From assembly GCA_003281415.1 (NCBI GenBank), contig QCCC01000003.1, positions 21,182 to 85,181 of the forward strand: a DNA stretch of 64,000 nucleotides. The letters run 5' to 3'. The notes beneath the pieces are model-generated. The model had not been told where the DNA came from, did no database searches, and saw nothing but the letters and a program-made list of their open reading frames with translations. The position numbers and the translations under genes are program-made. Below, piece by piece: positions 55,157-62,773 of the stretch (positions are counted from its first letter, which is position 1; each line of letters starts with the position of its first letter). The DNA comes from Prochlorococcus sp. AG-347-K15. GTDB taxonomy: Bacteria; Cyanobacteriota; Cyanobacteriia; PCC-6307; Cyanobiaceae.

Positions 55157-56437
55157 TTGAATAACCTAAAAAATCTTAGAGGAACAGTCGACCTATTGCC
55201 TGATCAATTAATAAAGTGGCAAAATGTTGAGAAAATTTTATTAGAGCAGCTTGCAAGAGCATCCATCAAAGAAATAAGAACACCAATTTTGGAAATGACC
55301 GAATTATTCATAAGAGGAATTGGTGAAGGAACAGATGTTGTCAGTAAGGAAATGTATACATTTATTGATAGAGGTGAGAGATCCTGCACTCTTAGGCCTG
55401 AAGGAACCGCTTCCGTTGCGCGAGCGTTAATACAAAATGGAATCTCGTCTAATTCACTTCAGAAACTTTGGTACATGGGCCCTATGTTTCGATATGAAAG
55501 ACCTCAAGCAGGCAGGCAAAGACAGTTTCATCAGTTAGGTGTTGAGTTTATAGGATACGATTCAGTTAGAAGTGATGTTGAAATTATTGCCTTAGCTTGG
55601 GATGTCTTGAGTAAATTAGGAATAAAAGAACTTAATCTTGAAATAAATACATTAGGTGATGTAAATGATAGATTAAATTTTCAGAAATCCTTTTTAAAAT
55701 GGCTAGAAATAAATAAAAATTCTCTAGATTTAGATTCTCAGAATAGGATTACTAAAAATCCCTTAAGGATTTTGGACTCTAAAGATATTCAAACAAAAAA
55801 AGCTCTTGAAAATGCTCCAAGATTATTCAATTTTTTATCTGAAAAAAGTCATAAAAGATATTCAGACTTTAAAAAACAATTAGATTTTTTAAAAATACCC
55901 TACGTGGAAAATTTTAATCTCGTAAGAGGTTTAGATTATTACACCCATACAGCCTTTGAAATTACTAGTGGAGCTCTAGGCTCCCAAGCTACAGTTTGCG
56001 GAGGAGGAAGATACGATAATTTAATAAAACAAATGGGAGGGCCAAATACCCCGGCAATTGGATTCGCTATTGGTATAGAAAGATTAATTTTACTAGCGGG
56101 GAAAGAGCTTGAAGTCCCAAGAAATACTGATATTTATATTATTAATCAGGGCATCATTGCTGAACCATTAGCTATGGATCTATCAAGAAAATTAAGAAAT
56201 TATGATTTGTTAGTTGAGTTGGACTTAAGTGGATTTTCATTTTCTAAACAATTTAAAAAGGCTAATAAACTAAAATCTAAAAGTATTATTGTTATTGGTG
56301 ATGATGAGGCGACTAAAAGGGAATTTATGATAAGGCTCTTTGATAAATCAGGTAATGGGAATAAAGAAGAAGTTATTTCTTTAGAGAATGATTTTAAATT
56401 AGAAAAGTGGATAAATAATAACTTACTTGCAAAGTGA
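55157..56437 (+). CDS. hisS: Histidine--tRNA ligase
   Basis: KEMY.F, LRPEGTA, FRYERPQ.GR.RQFHQ, RGLDYY, GGGRYD. Confidence 0.98.
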   Translation: MNNLKNLRGTVDLLPDQLIKWQNVEKILLEQLARASIKEIRTPILEMTELFIRGIGEGTDVVSKEMYTFIDRGERSCTLRPEGTASVARALIQNGISSNSLQKLWYMGPMFRYERPQAGRQRQFHQLGVEFIGYDSVRSDVEIIALAWDVLSKLGIKELNLEINTLGDVNDRLNFQKSFLKWLEINKNSLDLDSQNRITKNPLRILDSKDIQTKKALENAPRLFNFLSEKSHKRYSDFKKQLDFLKIPYVENFNLVRGLDYYTHTAFEITSGALGSQATVCGGGRYDNLIKQMGGPNTPAIGFAIGIERLILLAGKELEVPRNTDIYIINQGIIAEPLAMDLSRKLRNYDLLVELDLSGFSFSKQFKKANKLKSKSIIVIGDDEATKREFMIRLFDKSGNGNKEEVISLENDFKLEKWINNNLLAK

Positions 56438-56727
56438 TGCTTTTAAAGTTAGTAATAATTTTTCTTTTTATATTTATTCTTTTTAATTTAAGGAATTTTC
56501 ATAAATTAAATAGAAAACAAAAAGTTTTGAAGGCTAAAAAATTAACAACTTTCAATAAGAAGAATCTTAATAATTGGATGAATTTAACTAAAAAAGAAAG
56601 ATATAACTTATCAAAACAAGATTCTGTTAATTATATGGATAGAAGAAAACTTTTATTAGATGAAATTAGAAATGAATATAAAAAAATATCTAGAGAAAAT
56701 TCTGAGGAGAATATTAAGAAAAAATAA
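56434..56727 (+). CDS. Small basic hypothetical protein with an N-terminal TM helix
   Basis: 97-aa ORF overlapping the hisS stop by 4 nt. Confidence 0.6.
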   Translation: MMLLKLVIIFLFIFILFNLRNFHKLNRKQKVLKAKKLTTFNKKNLNNWMNLTKKERYNLSKQDSVNYMDRRKLLLDEIRNEYKKISRENSEENIKKK

Positions 56728-56729
56728 TT

Positions 56730-57029
56730 GTGGAAAATTTCTGGACTTCTAATAAATCCATTAATGGATTGAGACATTTTGTTTTAGTAAATGAGACTAA
56801 AGAAAAAGGAAATATTACTTTTTTAATGGTTTCTGTAGTTGATTCTGAAATAAATTTAGAAACTACTTACGAAGAGTTAATAAATAGTGGAAATTGGCAT
56901 AAGGGTTGGATCAATCTTCCAAAGCTTCAATCGATAACTGAAGAATATGTTGACTATAAATCCCTCAAAAAAGGAAAAAGTATCGATGAGATATTTATTA
57001 ATGAAGATTCTTTATTTAATATTTCTTAA
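56730..57029 (+). CDS. TIGR02450-like Trp-rich protein
   Basis: WTS.....G.RHF ... EL.....W..GW pattern. Confidence 0.75.
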   Translation: MENFWTSNKSINGLRHFVLVNETKEKGNITFLMVSVVDSEINLETTYEELINSGNWHKGWINLPKLQSITEEYVDYKSLKKGKSIDEIFINEDSLFNIS

Positions 57030-57166
57030 TTCTAAATAAATCTTTTAAATCTCTTTTCTTTATAAATACTAGGTTTTTTTGTTACTTAATAATTATTTAA
57101 AAGTTTTACCCCTTTCAAAAAAATAAAATTAACGTTATCAAGGATTAATAATATTTACTTTATCCA

Positions 57167-57400
57167 ATGTTAGGGGATATATGGAGCTCATCTAAGTTGA
57201 CCGCGGAACAACTAGGAATAACTGAAATTAAACTTTCTTTTTTACGGGAAAATGGAATACTTAAGCCTGGGATTCATTGGAAAAGCTCTCCACTTGGTCA
57301 GAAAAAACCATGGAAACCCAAAGCTCTTTATAATATAAAAATGTGCAGAAAAATAATTAATAAATTTTATTTTGAAGAAAACTATGATGTTGCGGCCTGA
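57167..57400 (+). CDS. Small MerR/excisionase-like DNA-binding protein (putative)
   Basis: W.S....AEQLGI....L..LRENG.LKPGIHW resembles a MerR-type winged HTH. Confidence 0.55.
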   Translation: MLGDIWSSSKLTAEQLGITEIKLSFLRENGILKPGIHWKSSPLGQKKPWKPKALYNIKMCRKIINKFYFEENYDVAA

Positions 57401-57447
57401 AAAAAATATAATTATTAAATATTAATTTGAAAAAATATATAAAATCT

Positions 57448-57624
57448 TTATTCAATTAGATTCTCATCCTTACACTCAATCAGAGTGTTTTGCAAAGTTG
57501 GATATAAGTTAATCATATTTATATATTGTTTTGATTTTCTGTAGGATTTTGCAGCCTTTTTGTAATGAACTTCTGATTTCATTTCTAGTGAAAATTTTCT
57601 AGAAGACTCTTGAGAAGTAGTCAT
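57448..57624 (-). CDS. Small hypothetical protein (58 aa, not in the ORF track)
   Basis: Hand-translated from the ATG at 57624 to the TAA at 57450-57448: MTTSQESSRKFSLEMKSEVHYKKAAKSYRKSKQYINMINLYPTLQNTLIECKDENLIE. Confidence 0.5.
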   Translation of the reverse strand: MTTSQESSRKFSLEMKSEVHYKKAAKSYRKSKQYINMINLYPTLQNTLIECKDENLIE

Positions 57625-57866
57625 AAAATTTGATTTCTTATCCCATATTTAATAATTGTTTGAAAATGAAGCAACAATTATCATGATGTAATGAAACAAA
57701 ACATCATTTAATGTCAGCAAAATGAAATTTATTTCACTTATTTGAATCTAAAAATACTGGTTTATTTGATACAACTTATAACTCTAAGAATATTTTTTCT
57801 TTATTAAATCTACCTTTTTTGCTATTGGATTGCCTTATGAGGATTTCTTGTTTCCTTATAGTTAGG

Positions 57867-57895
57867 ATTACTAACCTTTACAATTTTGTTATGAA
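57867..57895 (+). promoter_or_regulatory. Candidate HLR1 (RpaB) direct repeats upstream of pcb
   Basis: ATTACTAA-CC-TTTACAAT-TTT-GTTATGAA compared with the consensus (G/T)TTACA(T/A)(T/A)-N2 repeat; the middle half-site is a perfect match. Confidence 0.45.
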
Positions 57896-57954
57896 TTCAA
57901 CTGTTTGCTGAAATATAAAGTATTCTCGAAACGTTTAAGCTAATCAATTCCTAA

Positions 57955-59013
57955 ATGCAAACCTATGGAAATCCAGATACTACCTATGGATGGTGGGCTG
58001 GTAATTCAGGTGTAGCAAATCGCTCAGGAAAATTCATTGCTGCTCACGTAGCTCATGCAGGATTAATTGTTTTCTGGGCGGGTGCTTTCACCCTTTTTGA
58101 ACTTTCACGATTTGACCCCAGTGTCCCAATGGGGCATCAACCTCTAATCGTTCTTCCTCATTTAGCAACTCTTGGAATAGGGTTTGATGCTAATGGCGTG
58201 GCGATGGGAGATACTAAACCTGTTCTAGCGATAGCAATAGTTCACTTAGTTTCTTCTATGGTTTTAGCCGCAGGCGGACTTTTACACTCTTTACTTCTTC
58301 CTGGAAATCTAGAAGATTCTGATGTAGCAAGAGCTAGAAAATTCAATATTGAATGGGATAATCCAGACAAATTGACATTTATTCTTGGTCACCATCTAAT
58401 TATTCTTGGTTTCGCAGTTATCGCTTTTGTTGAATGGGCAAGGGTTCATGGAATTTATGATCCAGCTATTGGTTCTGTAAGACAGGTTGAGTATGAATTA
58501 AATTTGGCCAAAATTTGGAATCACCAAACAGACTTTTTGACTATTGATAGTCTTGAAGAAGTAATGGGAGGCCATGCTTTCCTTGCTTTCGTTGAGATTA
58601 CCGGTGGTGCTTGGCATATTGCTACTAAGCAAGTTGGTGAATATACCAAATTCAAAGGTAAAGGACTTCTATCTGCAGAAGCTGTTCTCTCATGGTCACT
58701 AGCTGGAATAGGCTGGATGGCTATTATCGCAGCCTTCTGGAGTGCAGCTAACACAACAGTTTATCCAACTGAGTTCTTTGGTGAACCACTTGAATTGAAA
58801 TTTAGTATTTCTCCTTATTGGGTAGACACTGTTGATCTTCCTGATGGTGAGTACACTTCAAGGGCGTGGTTAGCAAATGTTCATTACTATTTTGGATTCT
58901 TCTTTATTCAAGGTCATCTATGGCACGCTTTAAGAGCTTTAGGCTTTGATTTCAAAAGAGTTACAAATGCTATCAGTAATATTGATAGTGCAACAGTTAC
59001 TCTTAAAGATTAA
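57955..59013 (+). CDS. pcbA: Divinyl-chlorophyll a/b-binding antenna protein Pcb (CP43/IsiA family)
   Basis: [24 protein letters not shown], six TM helices, GHLWHA; lacks the large lumenal loop of CP43. Confidence 0.95.
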   Translation: MQTYGNPDTTYGWWAGNSGVANRSGKFIAAHVAHAGLIVFWAGAFTLFELSRFDPSVPMGHQPLIVLPHLATLGIGFDANGVAMGDTKPVLAIAIVHLVSSMVLAAGGLLHSLLLPGNLEDSDVARARKFNIEWDNPDKLTFILGHHLIILGFAVIAFVEWARVHGIYDPAIGSVRQVEYELNLAKIWNHQTDFLTIDSLEEVMGGHAFLAFVEITGGAWHIATKQVGEYTKFKGKGLLSAEAVLSWSLAGIGWMAIIAAFWSAANTTVYPTEFFGEPLELKFSISPYWVDTVDLPDGEYTSRAWLANVHYYFGFFFIQGHLWHALRALGFDFKRVTNAISNIDSATVTLKD

Positions 59014-59037
59014 TTCTCAAAATTCATTACTAATATC

Positions 59038-59066
59038 AAAAGGCTCCTCTTGCAGGAGCCTTTTTT
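59038..59066 (+). terminator. Rho-independent terminator of pcb
   Basis: AAAAGGCTCCT-cttgc-AGGAGCCTTTT stem running into a T tract, 24 nt after the stop. Confidence 0.9.
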
Positions 59067-59106
59067 ATTTGAAAAATTTTGGTTATTAATTTAGATTTAG
59101 AATTGT

Positions 59107-60495
59107 ATGTTTTTGAAATCATTGAATTTTTTTTCTTTACAGAATCAAAATATCTTTTCAAATTCTCTATTAATAAGCTTTTTGGGATTGTTATTTATAT
59201 TTTTCCTGTTGATTTTTGGGAGGAAATTTAAACTAGCAGTTCAACTTGAGAGATTTGGATTGCCAATAGCAGTTATATCTGGAATTTTAGGTATATCTAT
59301 AGGTCCATTTGGAGCTATACATTTTTTACCAAAAGAAACAATCAATGTTTGGAGTAATTTTCCTACTCCTCTTTTATCATTAGTCTTCGCAACTTTAATG
59401 ATGGGAAGACCTATACCAAATATAAATGGTTTAGTTAAACCTATTTTTAATCAATTTCTACTAGCTCTTTCTCTAGGTTTCGGACAATTTTTCGTTGGAG
59501 GTCTAGTTGTTAAATATTTTTTGCCTTCATCTATAGATGCAAATCCTCTAATGGGGTGTTTAATAGAGGTCGGTTTTGAGGGTGGTCATGGAGCTGCATC
59601 AATAATTGGCGAAAGTTTTAATAAACTAGGTTTCCCAAATGGCTTAGATCTTGGTTTGGCAATGGCAACAATGGGGCTTTTATCATCTTCAATATTGGGT
59701 AGCATATTTATCTTTCTTGGGAGAACCTTAAGTCTTTCAGATACTGAGGAAATTCTTGAACAGAAAGATAATCTAAAGGATAAAAATAAGATTGGAATTT
59801 TTGCAGATCTAAGAATTTTTATAATAAATCTCGGATTCTCTGGTTTGGCAATTTCTTTTGGTGTTTTGCTTCTTAAATTTTTAAGGTATATTTCAAGTTC
59901 TTTTGGTGATTTTTCAAAGGAGATTATTTTTTCACTACCAGTATTCCCTTTTATACTTATAGGTTCGCTCCTTATTAGATATGTTTTAGAGAAAACCAAA
60001 AATACAGAATTCATTTCTAATATTCTGCAAAGGGAGATTGGTATTTTATCTACAGACTTATTAATTTTTACAGCTATGGCAAGTTTAGATATTGCTGTTG
60101 TTTTTGAAAATTGGATACTAATTTTAGTGTTTACTATTTTTGGTTTACTTTGGAACTTAATCTGCATTGCTTATTTTGCATACTTTATTTTTGATGATTA
60201 CTGGTTTGAAAAAAGCTTGATAGAGTTTGGAAACTCTACAGGAGTAGTGGCTACTGGGTTACTTCTTTTAAGGCTTGCAGATCCTAAAAATATTTCTCAA
60301 ACTTTACCAATTTTTACATCAAAACAACTATTTGCTCAGTTAATCCTTTCAGGGGGACTATTTACAGTTCTAGCACCATTAATGATTTCTAAAATTGGAC
60401 TAGATTATTGGACAGAAATTTGTGCCCTAATTACATTCGCAATTCTTTTTATTGCATTTATTTTTAATAAATTAGAGATGAAAAAGTTTCAATAA
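59107..60495 (+). CDS. Sodium:glutamate symporter (GltS/ESS) family transporter
   Basis: Multi-TM; GFEGGHG and G..TGV..TGLLLLR..DP motifs. Confidence 0.82.
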   Translation: MFLKSLNFFSLQNQNIFSNSLLISFLGLLFIFFLLIFGRKFKLAVQLERFGLPIAVISGILGISIGPFGAIHFLPKETINVWSNFPTPLLSLVFATLMMGRPIPNINGLVKPIFNQFLLALSLGFGQFFVGGLVVKYFLPSSIDANPLMGCLIEVGFEGGHGAASIIGESFNKLGFPNGLDLGLAMATMGLLSSSILGSIFIFLGRTLSLSDTEEILEQKDNLKDKNKIGIFADLRIFIINLGFSGLAISFGVLLLKFLRYISSSFGDFSKEIIFSLPVFPFILIGSLLIRYVLEKTKNTEFISNILQREIGILSTDLLIFTAMASLDIAVVFENWILILVFTIFGLLWNLICIAYFAYFIFDDYWFEKSLIEFGNSTGVVATGLLLLRLADPKNISQTLPIFTSKQLFAQLILSGGLFTVLAPLMISKIGLDYWTEICALITFAILFIAFIFNKLEMKKFQ

Positions 60496-60531
60496 TAACC
60501 CTAGAATGGTTTTAAGTTTAATTTTGTTTTA

Positions 60532-60789
60532 ATGTCATTTACTCCCTACGATATTCCTCCTCAAGAAAATAAAGGGAAGTGGTTCAGAAGTCATTTACTT
60601 GGCAGGGAAATCGAACTGGGTGAATTGTATAGTCTTGGATCAAATGATTTGGATTTGCTTATGGCGGAGACTGCAGAAATCAGAAGCGATCTTGATTTTA
60701 AAGAAAAAAACATAGGAAAATTTAGGACTGCAGGATATTTTTTGGAGTTAGCAAGAATAATTGAGAAAAGGAAGTTGCTAGAAAGTTAA
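60532..60789 (+). CDS. Hypothetical protein
   Basis: 85-aa ORF with an ordinary protein-like composition, filling the gap between two genes. Confidence 0.65.
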   Translation: MSFTPYDIPPQENKGKWFRSHLLGREIELGELYSLGSNDLDLLMAETAEIRSDLDFKEKNIGKFRTAGYFLELARIIEKRKLLES

Positions 60790-61445
60790 TTTGAGGGAAA
60801 ATAATTCTTTCTAGAATATGGTTCCCATAATTCGTATTTATACATTAATGATTTAAATTTTCTATTATTTTCAAACGAATCTAACCAGTTTTTTATTGAG
60901 GGCTCCAAAAAATTTGTTCTTTTTTGACTTTCACAAGCAATTTTAAATTGTCTTACGAAAGGCCAAATAGACCAATCAGCGATTGTGGGGTTATCTCCAA
61001 AAAAGTATTTGTTTTCTGAAAGAAGTTTGTTCCATCTCTTGATAAATTTAATCGCATTTGTGAAGTGAAATTCTTCATTACTATTCAGGTATCTTGTGGC
61101 ATATTTAAATCGATCTAAATGATATTTGAATTCGTTATCGTTTTCATTAATTATTTCAAAAATATTTTTCTTTTTATTTTCAGGAAAATAAATTAATTTG
61201 ATGTTTTCCTTTTTTGACTCTGAGAGTGCCCATAGGATAATTTCAAGACTTTCTTCAATAACTTCGCTATTTTTTTTTATTAGTAATGGAACAGTTTTTG
61301 TTTTTGATTTATTTAGAAAATCTAGAGGTTTATTTTTTAAATCAATTTCTCTAATCTCTACTTTTATTTCACAAACTAATAGGGCCCATCTAACACGAAT
61401 TGCATATGGACATCTTCGAAATGAATATAAAATATCGTTTGTCAT
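60786..61445 (-). CDS. Glutathione S-transferase family protein
   Basis: LYSFRRCPYAIR, TVP, ESLEI, FK.HLDRFKY, AD..I.PFVRQF. Confidence 0.92.
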   Translation of the reverse strand: MTNDILYSFRRCPYAIRVRWALLVCEIKVEIREIDLKNKPLDFLNKSKTKTVPLLIKKNSEVIEESLEIILWALSESKKENIKLIYFPENKKKNIFEIINENDNEFKYHLDRFKYATRYLNSNEEFHFTNAIKFIKRWNKLLSENKYFFGDNPTIADWSIWPFVRQFKIACESQKRTNFLEPSIKNWLDSFENNRKFKSLMYKYELWEPYSRKNYFPSN

Positions 61446-61519
61446 TTTGTAAAAACTTTTAATTTCCTTGATTCTTTTAGTATTATCTAAATAGGAACAG
61501 TATTAATTTTACAACGCAA

Positions 61520-62062
61520 ATGTCGGGATATGTTTACCTTATTAGAGTAGGTGATCTTTATAGAATTGGGAAAACGGATAATCTTGAAAAGAAAATTAAG
61601 AAATTAAAACCTGATGAATTATTAACATCAATTATGACAAAAGAGCCAGAAACTCTTGAAGCAAGATTACTAAGAAAATATAAGTCGCAAAGAATTCCTG
61701 AAACAGGTTATTTAAAGCTTTCTAAAAGACAAATTAGAGAATGCAAAAAGCAATTTGAATTAAAGGGAAACTTACCCCACACTTTAGATGCCGAAGTTTC
61801 CATTACTCTTTTTGCATCTTTTTTATTGTTTTCATTAAGTTCCTTAATTTTTAATTATTTAAATTTTGGATTTGTTAAAGCTATATCTTTTTCTTTCGGA
61901 ATAGCATCTCTACCCATGGTTATATTATTTATAACAGGTAGTTTTGGTGGATATTTTTCTGAAGATTTATCTCTTTTCTCATTGTTAACTAATCGAATAA
62001 AAGGTCTATTTATTGCAATTGCAATGCTTTCTATAGCTTACTTACTTTTTAATTTAGGTTAA
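61520..62062 (+). CDS. GIY-YIG/T5orf172-like domain protein with C-terminal TM helices
   Basis: GYVYLI...LYRIGKT N-terminus and three hydrophobic segments at the C-terminus. Confidence 0.7.
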   Translation: MSGYVYLIRVGDLYRIGKTDNLEKKIKKLKPDELLTSIMTKEPETLEARLLRKYKSQRIPETGYLKLSKRQIRECKKQFELKGNLPHTLDAEVSITLFASFLLFSLSSLIFNYLNFGFVKAISFSFGIASLPMVILFITGSFGGYFSEDLSLFSLLTNRIKGLFIAIAMLSIAYLLFNLG

Positions 62063-62766
62063 ATTTCATAATTACAATTTAAGGCAATTTCAAATGGAAC
62101 TGATTGTGTCGGTAACTTCAGAATAGTTGAGCATATCTCAGCAATATCTTCAGGCTGTGTCATGCTTGATTTGTCTAGGGAAGATATATTTTGGGACATT
62201 TCTGTATTAACCCAACTTGGGCAAATTGCTGAAACCCTTATATTATTATCCCAACCTTTATTTTTCATTGTTTGGCATAACCCCATCAAAGCAAACTTTG
62301 AAGAAGAATAAGCGGCTAAATCCCCTTTAGATCTTTTTCCACTCATTGAAACTAAAACAATAATTCTGCCTCTGTTTGAGGCACATAATTGATTCCAAGA
62401 AAGCCTACATAAATTCCAAATCGCCAAAAAATTGATATTTAGTGTATTTAAAATTTCTTCTTCATCACCATCGTTGAATAGGAAAGGAACTTTCGATAAT
62501 ACTCCAGAACAATTTATTACTGAATCAAATTCCCCAAATTCATCTAAAGTATTTTTTATCCAATTTTCGGCTGAAGTTATTTTTAATGCATCATAGTAGT
62601 TAATTATAATTCTACCTTCTGGCCATTTATTAGGATCAATAACGCTTCCTTTTAATGATTTTAAATCTCTTATCCCAACACTAATTCTATTTCCTTCTTT
62701 TAATTCTTTATGAGCAATGTTTAGTCCAATACCTCTATTAGCTCCACTTATTAATATGGTTCTCAT
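62059..62766 (-). CDS. Classical short-chain dehydrogenase/reductase
   Basis: SGANRGIG, NCSG, S...YSSSK, CPSWVNT. Confidence 0.92.
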   Translation of the reverse strand: MRTILISGANRGIGLNIAHKELKEGNRISVGIRDLKSLKGSVIDPNKWPEGRIIINYYDALKITSAENWIKNTLDEFGEFDSVINCSGVLSKVPFLFNDGDEEEILNTLNINFLAIWNLCRLSWNQLCASNRGRIIVLVSMSGKRSKGDLAAYSSSKFALMGLCQTMKNKGWDNNIRVSAICPSWVNTEMSQNISSLDKSSMTQPEDIAEICSTILKLPTQSVPFEIALNCNYEI

Positions 62767-62773
62767 TTTAAAA

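Noticed and set aside
59586-60167. 193-aa antisense ORF in the GltS-like transporter
   Set aside because: Mirror frame typical of T-rich membrane-protein genes.
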